NCBI GenBank assembly: GCA_028534125.1
Contig: CM052832.1
Location: 7,380,001-7,444,000 of the forward strand
Source of the DNA: Lama glama
Taxonomy: Eukaryota
Direction: 5' to 3'
Length of the DNA stretch: 64,000 nucleotides
Under the pieces are notes generated by a model, which was not told the origin of the DNA, did no database searches, and saw only the letters and a program-made list of their open reading frames with translations. The position numbers and the translations under genes were made by a program. This document shows, in pieces, positions 13,029 through 26,045 of the stretch. Position 1 is the first letter of the stretch, and each line of letters opens with the position of its first letter.

Positions 13029-16000
13029 CTCCAGAGAAGTAGGCTGCATAGGAATTATTTTTAATTTTAGTTTAGCATAATCTTACGCATGCTTGGATGT
13101 TTCATATAAAGAACGACAATGAAAATAATGTAGCTGAACCCAAGTGTATATTCCCAGGAAAAAAAAATAAGTTAACTATTTGTAAAAGATAACCTTACGA
13201 TTTTATAATTGTATGTTCAGTACTGTCAGACTTTCAGAAATTCCAGTTTCAGTAGAATCTTGTCTTACACTGAAATGTGCTTGGTTGTTTTATCTACTGG
13301 CAGCTATCTGAAATCATTAGTGCTCTGTCATTAAGTTTCTTAATGTAATGAATAGTACATTCAGCTCTTAAACTTAGGGATGGTCATTGAAGCAACAAGT
13401 AGTGACTCCAGTTTTACCGCATTTTTATTAATAATTTTAGAATTCTTTGAGAATTTGCTTATGATTTTTCTTTTCTTTTCTTTTTTTGAGTGCTACATCT
13501 GGAAATGCTCAAAACTTGTTTGCGTTTTTAAGAGAACAGTTTGCAGTGAAAGTATAACTTCTTTAGAGGTGAGATTCAAGTTAACGAATGATGAACCATA
13601 ATGTGAGGAAGCATACTGTGAATTATTAGTTGGCAAACATAACGAATGCAGGCATTGGCTGCTGAAGCTATTCACAGAGTACCACTCACAGAAAGCTGGA
13701 GAGATGGGCAACACAGGACTTCCTGTGTAATCTCTCCGAATGTAAACGAGGGTGCAACTTAGTTTATTCAATAAGGACTAAATTCTTTAAGTTTGATATG
13801 TTCGTAAGGTTCCATGATTAATGTGTAACTAAAATATAAAAGGAGTATTTAGAGTCTGTTAAAATTTGTAGATGTGACATCATTGTCAAGTCAGGCATTT
13901 TATTTCTTAAAGGTAAAATTTATTTAAATGCACTTTTTTTTCCAAAATAAATTTTTATTTCTACTTACAGTGGTGCCTAAGTAAGTTTTCCTAAACAGAA
14001 TTATTTAAAATTTAGGTCTGTTGATAGTGTTTAAAGTAAACAAAAATAAACCCATAACAACCAAGGGTGGAGGAGTATCTAGATTTGTTTTTAGCTTTCT
14101 TTTTCATGGTTTCTCAGAAGTGTATCATATTATAAATACATTCAAAATGTTTTTCTCTGAGGATATGTAGCATTCCTATAAAGGTTAAATCAATAAAAAT
14201 GATTTGGACACATTCCTAAGCATGGCTAGAACAGGTAGCCCGTTGTTTTAGGTACCCTTGAGTTTCTGGAGCAGATCATTATGGCGTAGCAAAAGAACTT
14301 ACTAAAAGTTGCTTTCTATGTGTAGATGCATCAGCTTAAAAAAAGTAAGATTTTCTGGCCTTCTAGAAATGAATATTTTTAGAGTAGTCCTATGTATATT
14401 GATTTAATGATGTGTTTAAAACTCAGTTAAAGTTTGAAGCTTTTTTTTTCTTTTCTCCGAATGCTGAAGATACACCATAATTGATAAGAAAGAGGTACGT
14501 ACAGGAAAAATGAATGGCAAACCTTCTCAGCCAGTTGAGAATAAATGGTAGTCTTATAAGTAAAGAAAATATTGCACATTATAATTGCAAAATTAGGAAT
14601 TAGATGTGATTCTTTTTAGTCTTGCTGGGTTAGAAGAAAACTCTGTAGTCACTGGGATGTTATCTGTTCATTTGAGCAGTTCAAAAGGCAAGCTTTCATT
14701 TGAACATTTATTTTAAAAAGGATATGTATTTCTCCTGTGCTCAGGGCTGGCTTCTTAGTATGGTATTATTGCTAGGTAGAGTTTTATTTTATGCATTTGT
14801 GTGCTGTTTTCTTGTTCATATCATATGTTTGAGTGTGTAAGTTTTAAGTTCATATGTAAGTTTCCAGATCACACTCTTTTTACAGCTGCTTTTCAAAAAA
14901 TACCTTTCTGTCAGCTTATCATAATAAGATGATTTTTCTTAAAGTTTCCTTTAAAAAACAGCATTCAGGATATTAGATGTTTTTCGATCATGGAAACGCA
15001 ATGAATTGACCGTGTATTTGGCTGAATAAGGTTTAAATCAAGGTGGAGAATTTGAGTTATGTATATTGATGTAGTTTCATTCTAGAAAATCTCTTCCTGT
15101 CATTTTGTACTTGTATTATATAATTAACTTCGTACATACTTTATCAAAAATACTTTGTTTTTGTCAGAGCACATGATTTTATTTCATAGCCAAGAAAATT
15201 GTTTGAATGTGTCTCAGTAAAAGTTTTTACACTTATAAACATATATAGAATGGTTTAACCATTTACTAATGAAATAATCTAGCATTTTAAGCCAAGTATT
15301 TTGCTCTCTTAAAAAATAGTTATTTAAATCTCTATTGATATATTCTGATTTATCATTATATTAAAAGAATATGAATATTTATGAAAATAAAAATAAGCCT
15401 AATAATCAGCATATGGTTCAGTTTTCTTTTTGGATACTTGTGAATGATAATTAAAAAAAATCTCTTTGTGTGTTTTCTTTGGTCCTATTGGTGCACTAAA
15501 GTATTCTGCAGTATGCTTCTACATACTATAAGGGAAATGTATTTTAAAATCTTTATTACCAAATCAAGAATGATGTTCTACTGACAATACCAGTTGTCTC
15601 TATCTAGCTTAGATAATAAGATATTAATATTTTAAAATAAGATGGATGCTAGTGATAAAGAATTTTGAAAATGTTACAAGTTTTCCTCCTAAAACAGAAA
15701 GAGAGAGAACATACAGTGTGTGTTTAGTTTTAACAACTGAGGGGATGTAAAGAATTCTGTGTGAACACTGGAGTTTTAATAATGTGAAAAAGAGGAGTTT
15801 CTGCTTTGGAGAGAACGCTGGATTAATGATCAAAGTTTTGGATTACACTGACTTTCATGTTTATATTCCTTTACAAATGTACTGTAGTACACTGTCTTTG
15901 TAAGTAGTATCTGTTTCATGGATTATCTTCTTAAATATTTTCATTTTTGTGTTGAACTCTGTAAGAGCAGTAGCAGCTTTTTTCTGCATTTTGTTAAAAA

Positions 16001-17129
16001 ACTGAATTACCTAAAAGCTTTACAAATTTCATGGGAGAAAAAATTAATCTTACTAGATTACCTTTTGTAACCAATTATCCTGCCTGATGTTGGTATAGTA
16101 CCATCTTGATGGCAGTTTTCTTGTAGGTATCTTCTTATAATGTCTTAATATTTTTGAATTGGTTACTAAGGTCCTTAGTATGAAATGCTTACATACTTTT
16201 ACAGTTAAACATTTTATGGAAAAACACAGTAATTGATATAATGTAGATTATTAGGGTAAAATTTTCTTTCTGTGGTAGTATAACATTGCAGATTTCTGTA
16301 ATCTGATAGATGTTTATGAAATAAAGTGAGAATTCACTTCAAAAAATAATTTTCTTTGAGCTATCTTTACAAAAAAATCTTACAATAAAATTATTATTGA
16401 TTAAAGGGAATCTGCACCCTGTATCCAAAGGATACTCATGTGTCTAGGATCAAATTACACTAATACGGTAAAGCCAGTGGGTTAAAATATTAATTGTAAA
16501 ATTCAGCACCATTTTAATTTTCAGCTTCACAGTGAATTCACTTTGTTTAGATCCAGTTAAGTAATTTTTAATCATTTGGTAGAAGTAACAATACCTTTGT
16601 ACTTAAAAAGATTATCCTGGAAATTTGAAGTTTAAACTGGGAAGCTCAGTAGCGGAACTTAAAAATGAAATTAATTATAATAGTTACTATCAAAACAAAA
16701 TAACCAAATTAAAAATCACAGTGCCTAATTTAAATTGTTTACATAGGTTACATGGGCCATGAGTAAGTACATAGGAAATATACCTGTTTAGCTCCAAGCC
16801 AGAGTTCTGTGAGGTATTGTGCTTAAATAGAGATCTGTTAGCAAATTAATTACATTCATATTTTCCCTTGTGAACTATAATAATTTATTTAAATGTATAA
16901 CTGGAAAATAACATCCTTGTGTTTACGAGTTTAGTTTTTGGTTATCTTTATCTTGTGTTTCCCAGTAGATGCCTAATCTGTTACTGATTTTATGGATTAG
17001 CATTTCTCTGTTAGTACACATGCAAATAGTAATTGCTCATCTTTCCAAAACAACTGCAAACAATACCTCAGTTAAATAATTTACAATTGTTTTTTTCCTG
17101 GTTTACAATTATTATCCCCAGTTCTTTAA

Positions 17130-17155
17130 TGTGTGTGTATGTGTGTGTGTGTGTG
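17130..17155. repeat. (TG)n microsatellite
   Basis: TGTGTGTGTATGTGTGTGTGTGTGTG. Confidence 0.95.
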
Positions 17156-20100
17156 AGTATGGATTCATATACATAGGGAAATTCGTATACTACATATTAA
17201 AATTTTGGTAAATGAAAGAAATTGAAGTTGTATAAATGTGACAGATATTTAGCTTCTGTATAAAAATAAGTCTGTGTCCATATAAAGTTCTGTGAAATAC
17301 TGCAACACCATTACTCTAATTTTTCTAAAGAAATACAATGTGTTTACATGTTTTAAAACCTTACTGATAAGTGTTATTGTGATTTGGCTAGCATTATTCC
17401 TTTATTTCCTTTTCTGTTTGTTTTTTACTTTTACTGAACCACAAAATGGACTTAGTTGTAAGACATCTGACTAAAAGGATTATCTGATAATAAGGAATAT
17501 ATAAACAAAGGTTTGGCACACTTACATTTCATATAATTTTCAAGGAACTTTCACATTTTCGAGTTTTTAACTAAGCATTTTATGTAAATGTATTTTTATA
17601 GTTGATGGCATAATGATTTCAGTAGACATAATTGATGTAAAAAGTGAAAAGTAAAATAAAATTAATTTACTTAATTTTGTAGTAAAAATTATTTGCCTTG
17701 CATAGGATGAAGATACCTTGTCACTTGTCTATCCTTGTCACTGTCACTTCTTTAATGTAACTCTTGTGTATAATTTCTTTAGGGACGGCAGTAGAAGTAG
17801 TGCAGATAACAGTCTTTAAACTGATTGCCACCGTAATCTTAAATGCATGTCTGAGAATAATGTCACTTGGTCAATTTTCTGACATCAATATAATAATTTT
17901 AAAAATCTTAAATATTATTAAAATTACATTCACTTAATGTATGTCTGTGTGGAACAGAATTCCTTATTTTGTGGACAGTTGGATTTAAAAATTGAAAATC
18001 ATTTAATTAGAGCCAGAATCACACTTGATATGCTTTTTAGCCCTAGACTATATATTGGATGTTAGCTTTATGACTATTAATAAGAATATAGGGTATTTAT
18101 AGGAGACTTATGAGTAATGAATTTTTTTTCCACTGTAAGTATTAAATGCTCATGTATAACTCTTAATTCTACAGCTCATTTTATTTGGGAATTGTTTTAT
18201 ACAGCATGATAAATTATGAGGTTTTTATTTATTAATAAAAGGATCCCGTTCAACAACAATAAACATCTGAAATGTTTGATATGGTGTTGCTTACATTCAA
18301 TACTCTTCCAAACTTGAATCCTGTGTCCTTAGTATATAATATAAAAGGGAGAAATTCCTAAGAATACAACATAAGATGAAGATATTGTATATAATGTAAT
18401 AAATGAGCACTTAATTTCAATTGCTATACAGATCTTTAATAAGTTATGTGAGACTGTATGGCTTGTTTTATGTGTGCTTGTTGTTGAATGGACAAAAGCT
18501 TGTGGCCAACTGTGGTTAAAATTGTAAGGAAACTCCCTTTGAATACGGTATAGAATTTCCCTATTATGTTTCAAAATTGCAACACATTAATCAAAATACA
18601 TATCCACTAAATTCCATAAACTTTGAAACAGCAATAGATTGTATTAAGGTGTATATTTTCATCATGTGAGACTTCCCTCTCTAAAAATTTGTTTTAAAAC
18701 ATTAAACATTTCTGATTTCATGAAGAATTTCCATATATTTTAGACTGATAGAATATTTTACTCTTTAGAAAAGAACGAGTCTGGAGTTTATTGTGAGCCT
18801 TATTATGTGAGATACAGGTCAGGTTTTTTTCTCTTTTTTTTTGGATAAAATTTTATCTTCAGTTGAATTCATTGTTATAAGAGAAAAAATAGTGCATTTG
18901 AGTAACCTGTTAGGAAATCTGCCTACATTAGCATTGATTTTGCTGGCCTTCATTTAATTCCTCATGGCAGTTGACTAGAAAAAATAGCTATGCTTTGTCA
19001 CATTTATAATTTTATTGTTTGCGGGAAAGATTTTTCTCATATTGAAGCTATTTGTTTATTTGACCATATGTGTATTATTTTTAAAGAGAGGCACCGCAGA
19101 GGTAGACTGTTCCAGTGAACCCTTTAATGTAAAAATACCTCTGAAGACTTTTACTAGGTAATTGCATTTGTAATCTCAATGCTTTTGAGGAGCTTTTCCA
19201 TGATGTCACTGTTGACTTAGAGTTGTCACATTTTAGTATCCTGGAACAAGGGTTAGAACAGCATGGAACGTTGGTATTTGTATGCTTTGGAGAGGAATTT
19301 GAGATGTTACCTTATTTTGCCATCAGCTTTCAAGTATGCATGGGTGCATCATTAATCATAGGAAATGCAAAAATAAATAATCCAGTCCCATTGGATTTTT
19401 TTATATGAATACTTACCTTTTCCTTTTTTTGTATATACAGTTGAGGTATTTAGGTAACCCCTAACCTTTTGCTTCAACAAAGAAGTACAGTATAAAAATA
19501 TTACCACAGTTTTCATGTGAGCAGCTCTTGAGAGGGAAAAAAAAAAGCCCTCTAGATGAATATTTGTTGAAAAAAAAGTTGTGATACAGAATGTCTTAAC
19601 TCAGCCCCAATACAGCACTTGAGGACCACCAGTGTATAAAATTGAAAGCACATGAGTTTTGAAGCACTAGAAAAGGTTTGTAATTGATTAGCGCTGCTTG
19701 AAAGTATTGAAGTACAGTGAGTTTTGATTTGTGAATGGTTCTATTCAATAAAGATTAATTCTGTGTGTTTGATAAAATCTTAGTGCCTTCAATGAGTTAG
19801 TTTTTTCCCCCCTCTGCAGTTTATTTAACCATCAAATATTTCAGTGTTCTTTTAATAAACTGGAACATTTCTATCTTACTGAATTTAACTTCAGCATGAC
19901 TGATTTAAACAAGTCAGACTATCAGTGATTAGTTTGAAGGGTGTAATTGAATAGATTAATTTTTCTTCTTTTTAAAATAACTAAAATATAATGTAACCAG
20001 GAGTATTTCATGCCTTTCGTGTGATTTAGAGACTATCAGGAGGTTCCTACAGACTAAAAGTATTTTTCTGTGATTTCTTTGAAATTTTTACATTTTAAAA

Positions 20101-22998
20101 TATTTTAATGTTTACAAGTGAAATCTACCAATTTTTCATGTAAAATTAGGATTATTATAATTTATAATAACCTATAATATGAATCTTTGGGAACTGCATA
20201 AACATTGTTAGCTTTTAATATACATAGGCGTGGTCCTCTGTGTATGTTCATGACTTTTTAAATCATCTCCCTGGGTTTGGAATTCAGGTCTCTTATTTTA
20301 GAAGCAAGTTCTGGCACTTTGTCACTATTAAATCTTGAAACTATAAAATTATTATCACTACTATGACCACAACTATTATTTTGGAAATCAGTGTTCACAT
20401 TTCATGTTCAGTCAGGCACTATGGTCACTTACAAAGGTTTTATGTAAAAATTCAGTCTGTCAGCTGATATATTTTCATAAATAAGTTCTTAATGTTAAGG
20501 TACTACATGAGTTCATTTTAACAGACTATTTATGATAAATAATGGACAGATTTTGAGTAGAGCAGATTGAAAATTCTTGTTTAATTCAAGATAAATAGTA
20601 TGCTGAGAAAGCAAGAACACTGAAACACTTTCTCTCCTCTTTGTCTCACTGTCTGTCTCTCTGACACACACATACAGACACACGCACCCGCCCCCCCTTT
20701 TCACGTATTATTTTGAGGTAAGTCAGTTGGTCAGTGTGTGCTTTGTCCCTCACCTAGAAAGAGCCTGAACTTTTAAAACTATTTGACAGAATCAGAGCAC
20801 ATACTTCTGCCATTTCATGAGGTTGTTTTGATAGTCATTATGTAAGGATTTAAAGCCTGAAGTGAGGTTTCAGCCTTCAGATAGCTTACAGAATGGGGAA
20901 ATGTTTGCAGTGTGATGATAACGTATACATGATGTCCACCACCCACCTGTAATTAGCCCGGTGTGGTGGGTTCATCTTAAGTTCTCTACCCAGGCTCTCC
21001 AATACTATTTAAAAGTGGGAAATGATAAATGCCACTTTTCAGAAGAGGAAGAATTAGTTATGATATCTAAAAAATATGACATGTGATAGAAGATGATCTT
21101 TATTTAATTCACTAGTCTGTCTTATTTGAAACTTGGTCAAGTTCTGAAAATTTTACTGTAGAAGTAGTTATTAAGGATGTCACAGAAATAAAAGACTCCC
21201 TCATAGGATAAAGAACATTTTAACATGACTATGTTAATAACTACATTGAATGCTGAAGTAGTCCTTGAAACTTGTGTTATTCTCAGTCTGGTTTAAAAAT
21301 CTATTTTTCTTTTAAAATGGAGTAATTCTGTGAAGAGTAACTTAACTGCTTGAGATGCCTGTTTCAAGTTATGCCTCCATTGAACAATAGTTTTAACCAT
21401 TTTTTATCCTCATCTCGGGTGGGAACAGCAGAAGTTCCCATGTATTAGCTATAATTATAATATAAGCTGTAATGCAGTCTAATTGTATATATGTTCTGCT
21501 TCCTTAATGCAGAAATTTTTACAGTAATGCTTATTACCTACCATTAAAGTAAAAAAAAATCTGTGATTATTATACTGTATGTGTTAGAACTGAGGGGGCC
21601 CACTTAGAGCTATTGAGAGAGTCACTACAGCAGTTTTACATTTTTTGGGGTAAAATACAAAGTACATTTCCTCACCCTTTTAAGAGAAACCTTTTTTCTC
21701 CTTCAGGTTTAATTATTTCTCTTTGACCGAAAGTCAGACTGATCCTCTGGTAGCCAGTTAAAATGTGTGAAGTAGGAGGAGTAAAGGAAACTCCAATCGT
21801 TAGTTGTAAGTTATAAAGCAAAGTTAATACAGGTATACACAGCAAAAGGGTTTATTTTAAAGGATAAAAAGAAAATTTTATAAACTTGCCTTGTAGTTGG
21901 AGCATGTTGGACATCATAAAGAAAATCTTGTAAGTGTTTAGATATTTTACTATAATACCATGTTAGCTGATGAATGTTGAAGTAGTTTACTTTTGTGCAT
22001 CAACACTGAATTGAAATTAAATACTAAGGGACTATATTATGCCTGTTTTCTTTTAAAGTCCAGCATGATTTAATTGGTATGGCTCTTTTAAATCATGCAG
22101 AGTATCCTTACAGAGTTTTATTTTTTATGAGACTAAACGATACTCATTTTGGTGGGTCCAAGAATATGATTAAAAGAATCCTAGAGGTTTCAGTGTTTGC
22201 TATGTGTTCATACCAACTTCTCCATATGGATAATAGTGTGTAAATGCAAATAAAAATTATATAGGAAATTATAATTGCATGTCAGTTTTTAAAGACTTCT
22301 GTGAGCTTTTTAATATCCTGGATATCCTGGGCAACTAGAAAATCTTTTAAAAATGGCTATTACCTCCTTATCATAATTTTACTTCGGTTGAATATATGCT
22401 TTGATTATGGAAAGATGTTTAGAAACAAACTTATACAGATATCTTATAATGCAGTTTAAAATTATAAATAGATTTCTTTTAGCTGAGCTAGTTAAAATGT
22501 TAGTTATACTGCAGGTTTATTTCTCTATTTCATACGGTAGAGTATAATGCCGAGATAATTCTGTGGTCTGTTATTTTGTAAAATTGCTTCCTTTTCATAG
22601 TTTGCTCAAATATTGGGAGCTGCCGACATGAATACTTCACAATACTTTGATTAACTTAGTGTCTAATTTTATTTCAGTGAGGGTTAATGAGAAGATTAAA
22701 CTTGCCTTTACTGTTTCAACTACTTCATTTCTATAACCCTGGAAAACCTTTAGACTAATGTGAGATACTTTAATTTTTTTCTATTTCAAGTCATTAGTCC
22801 GAGAAGTAGATAAGTTACAGATGCCAAATGCAGATTTGTACAGCAATTTCATTTTTCAACTTTTAGTGCAACAAAATAGCATTATTCTGCTCTTTAGTAT
22901 TAATGTAATCTGGAAAAGCTAGCAGTTAATCCGAGAAACATACCTTTATGTTTAACAGGTTCATCTCTTATAGGATTTTAAAATATGATAACACTTAC

Positions 22999-23056
22999 CC
23001 CAAAAGAAGTTTTGCTGACATGGTGTCACTGTGCTGAAGAGGCTGTTTGATGCCAT
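22999..23056 (-). CDS. RUNX2: RUNX2 first coding exon of the P1/type II (MASNS) isoform; partial CDS, 19 codons + 1 nt, continuing in exons beyond the left edge of the window
   Basis: The minus strand reads ATG GCA TCA AAC AGC CTC TTC AGC ACA GTG ACA CCA TGT CAG CAA AAC TTC TTT TGG G|GTAAGT = MASNSLFSTVTPCQQNFFW, the diagnostic RUNX2 P1 N-terminus. Kozak context is ACTATGG. Canonical donor at 22993-22998. Confidence 0.97.
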
Positions 23057-23122
23057 AGTCCCTCCTTTTTTTTTCAGATAGAACTTGTACCCTCTGTTGT
23101 AAATTCTGCTTGCAGCCTTAAA
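22999..23122 (-). other. RUNX2: RUNX2 P1 transcript exon 2 (124 nt: 66 nt leader + 58 nt CDS)
   Basis: Acceptor TTTGTATTTTCAG ends at 23123 on the minus strand; donor GTAAGT at 22998-22993. Confidence 0.88.
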
Positions 23123-23322
23123 CTGAAAATACAAACCATACCCAAACCTTGTTTTAGTTTTACAGTATGCCTTCAGTACATAGACTTCATATTTATTTTT
23201 TTCTGTCAAGAAATCATGTAGCTGGTAACATGTGAAAAGCAAGGAAACAAAACAAAAAGAGAATGAGCAAATATTTGAAGGACCTACTATTACTGCATAG
23301 ACTGTGGTTAGAGAGCACTCAC
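23123..23322 (-). other. RUNX2: RUNX2 5'-UTR mini-intron (200 nt, GT-AG)
   Basis: GTGAGT donor and a pyrimidine-rich TTTTCAG acceptor; a mini-intron in the P1 leader is an established RUNX2 feature. Confidence 0.85.
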
Positions 23323-23460
23323 TGACTCTGTTGGTCTCGGTGGCTGGTAGTGACCTGCGGAGATTAACCATTTAAAAACCAGAGACTTCTTGCTGTCCTC
23401 CTGGAGAAAGTTTGCACCGCACTTGTGGTTCTGTGGTTGTTTGTGAGGCGAATGAAGCAT
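23323..23460 (-). CDS. RUNX2: Potential N-terminal extension of RUNX2 (MLHSP, 'type III/Osf2'-like), first 46 codons; joins 23122-23057 in frame with MASNS
   Basis: 138 nt from ATG 23460 to the donor translate MLHSPHKQPQNHKCGANFLQEDSKKSLVFKWLISAGHYQPPRPTES with no stop. The spliced 66 nt add FKAASRIYNRGYKFYLKKKGGT. Whether it is translated is uncertain because the ATG is very close to the cap site. Confidence 0.45.
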
Positions 23461-23465
23461 TCACA
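23323..23465 (-). other. RUNX2: RUNX2 P1 transcript exon 1 (5' leader; TSS approximate)
   Basis: Ends ...ACAGAGTCA|GTGAGT (donor 23322-23317). Sequence ATGCTTCATTCGCCTCACAAACAACCACAGAACCACAAGTGCGGT matches the known RUNX2 P1 leader with tandem RUNX sites. Confidence 0.85.
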
Positions 23466-23940
23466 CAATCCAAAAAAGCAAAAGCTTTAAAACTCCTTTT
23501 TTTTGCAAGCACTATTACTGGAGAGACAGAGTCATGTGGTTAGTGACCTCACGGTGCTCACAGTACAGTGGGACTGCCTACCACTGTGGCTTTCCCCCTG
23601 CTCTTGGTCTGTCTTTCTCTCTCTCTCTCTCTCTCTGACAAAAGGCTTGTGGTAAGGCCCTTCCTGGCATCCAGAAGGATATAGCTTTTTAATTTTTGTG
23701 ACTCATGAGGATTTGGATGGAATACAAATGCTGAAGGAGCCCAAACTCCTGTAAGGTTCAGCATTTGTGGAGCAGAACTCTGCAGTTGTGGGCTGTCCTT
23801 TCTGTCCCCCTCAACTCCTACTTTTTTTGTGCCGCCTCCTCTTATTTAGTCCATGAGTTTGTCTGTGGAGACGTGAGCAAAATTGGCTCAAGAGGCGGTG
23901 TGAAATTCTGAACAACAGTGATGATTTACAGTAATTTACA
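23410..23940 (-). promoter_or_regulatory. RUNX2: RUNX2 distal (P1, bone-related) promoter
   Basis: TATA-like TTTAAA at 23486-23491, about 25-30 nt upstream of the leader. RUNX motifs at 23416-21 (ACCGCA), 23424-29, 23432-37, 23535-40 and 23648-53 (TGTGGT). (CT)10 tract 23617-23636. AP-1 TGACTCA 23699-23705. CCAAT (minus) 23882-86. Pbx/Hox-like TGATTTAC 23922-29. Confidence 0.9.
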
Positions 23941-25934
23941 TCCTTGGATTGTATCACATTCTGGGGTCTGCTTCCTATTTGCTGGGTGATTGGAGTCCTT
24001 CTGTTTTTCTTTTTCTTGTCTTCTTAAACTTGTGAATCTGTAACTCATTGTAAAAAAAAAAAGTTTACCTTTTTAAAGGTCTGGTTGCAAACTGTTTGCT
24101 GGGCTTGACTGTAATTGGCTGTCATGAAAGTGTTAGTCTGGGGATTCTTTTACAAATACTCAATCATGTCTGTCTAGTTTATGTCTGATCGATATTGAAG
24201 GCCGGCTCCTACAATAAAGATGAAGTGTAATTTGTATCTTTTGTGTTATGTTTACCTTTATCTCATGGCTAGTTTGAGTATCTTATAAAAACGAATAGCA
24301 AGAGTTGTAGTGTAGTTTATTGGCTAAGTCTTAGTTTTCTTAATGCTTGTAATAATTTTTAATTTTCAAGGAAGTATATTCATTTTGTATAATCCTTTAA
24401 AAAGTTTATTTGGATATTAACTTTAACAGAGCCTTTGATAGCAACTCTTCCACAAATATGAAGTGAAGTTCTTATGTTGTAACTTAGATTATTCAATGTT
24501 ACTGATTTTTATAAGCTCAGAATAGAGCGGGTTAACAGAAGCTGTATTTTTTGTTTATAATAGAAGCTTTGAAATAAATTACAAAATGCTGTGTGTAGTA
24601 AGGAATAATGCACACAGAGTATGTTAGTCGTCTCCATTTGCTAATTCTGATTCAGAAGAAAATTGGAAACATCTTTGGGGAACTATCTCCTTTTTTTGCC
24701 CCTTTGGACATGTATGTATAGAACTCATTTTCTTATTAGGATGATTATATATCATAGGCAGAGAATTTCATATTTATGAATAGAGCTTCCTGTTTTCATC
24801 AGTTGAGAGCGATGGGGTATTTTTCAACAAAAATTATAAAGCTGAACAGACCAATTTTCTAGGCATTTTTTGGCCATTTATCCATGCCACTCTGAATTTG
24901 CATGTTTGACTTCTTCCTAGCGTGATAGTAACCAGGAGTGGCACGAAGTAAATGACTTGGAAGGTGGGCGGAGACAGTGAATTACAAAGCATTATTTGGG
25001 GTGTATAGTGTGGTAAGGGCCGGGAAATAGTAAGGACGATGTTAGAGCCAAAATATCCCTTTGCGCGGACATCCTAGCACAGTTCATTATCTACTTTTGG
25101 TTTACATACAATAGAGATAAATGTACTAACATGTTCATAAGTCTCTTTACCAAAAAATAATTTGCCCAAAATACGCTGGGAGGACATGGGAATGACTTTA
25201 ATCCTTTATTATTCAAATGTCTTCAACTTTGCCATAATAAACTTTCAGTGATTAAAAAACCAGAAATACATTTTGGTGTTTTATTTTAAATATAGATTTA
25301 TGATGCCTCATTGTGTATGTAAACAAGTTTTATGTTGAAAAGTAAAAGCTTCATTTAATATGCAGTTATTCATGCAAGAGAGAGAAAAGTTATTCATTTA
25401 TTCTTTCATAAATAAGGTGTACGGTATGATCTATATCTCTAATATCTAAAGTAAGTTAAAGGAGGGCTTTGTGTATATAATTTGTGGAATTTTCAAACAT
25501 AGTTCCATATGCACATACAATAGCAGCAGAATCAGGCAACTGAAAAAAAGTTTAGCTGCTGTAGTATGGCAAGCAAATGCTTTTCTTCTTTCAGAATAAG
25601 TTTTTGGTTTCTGCATTAGGATTCCCCGACATCTTATAACCCAAACTTTTCTATTTTCTCCCTTAAAATTTTTTTAATTAAGTGTATCTAGGCCCTCCAA
25701 ATTAACTTTATATGTATTTGAATAATTTTTAACATGTATGTGTCTCTTATCTACTTGTTCTCTTTTTGTAGGTAGCCTTCCTGCACATAATTTTGGGGGC
25801 AGAGTGATCCCTCTGATTGCTTAAGAGTTTAACAGATATTGTTGAATATGTCCTTTCTGTTTTGTGTGAGGCCCATCAAATTCTGGCAGGAGAAAGGTAG
25901 TGAGGTCATGTGCTTTAAAGTTTGTATATTCATT

Positions 25935-25990
25935 ATATACACGCACACACAAACACATACATACATGCATCCATGTGTGTGTGTGTGGGC

Positions 25991-26023
<33 letters not shown>

Positions 26024-26045
26024 TACACATATATATATATGCACA
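25935..26045. repeat. Compound (CA)/(TG)/(TA) microsatellite
   Basis: ACACGCACACAC...TGTGTGTGTGTG...(AT)n...ACACACATATAT. Confidence 0.95.

Noticed and set aside
22961..23371. 136-aa ORF as a stand-alone gene
   Set aside because: It is read-through of the RUNX2 mini-intron and past the GTAAGT donor; only 22999-23056 (possibly to 23122) is credible coding sequence.
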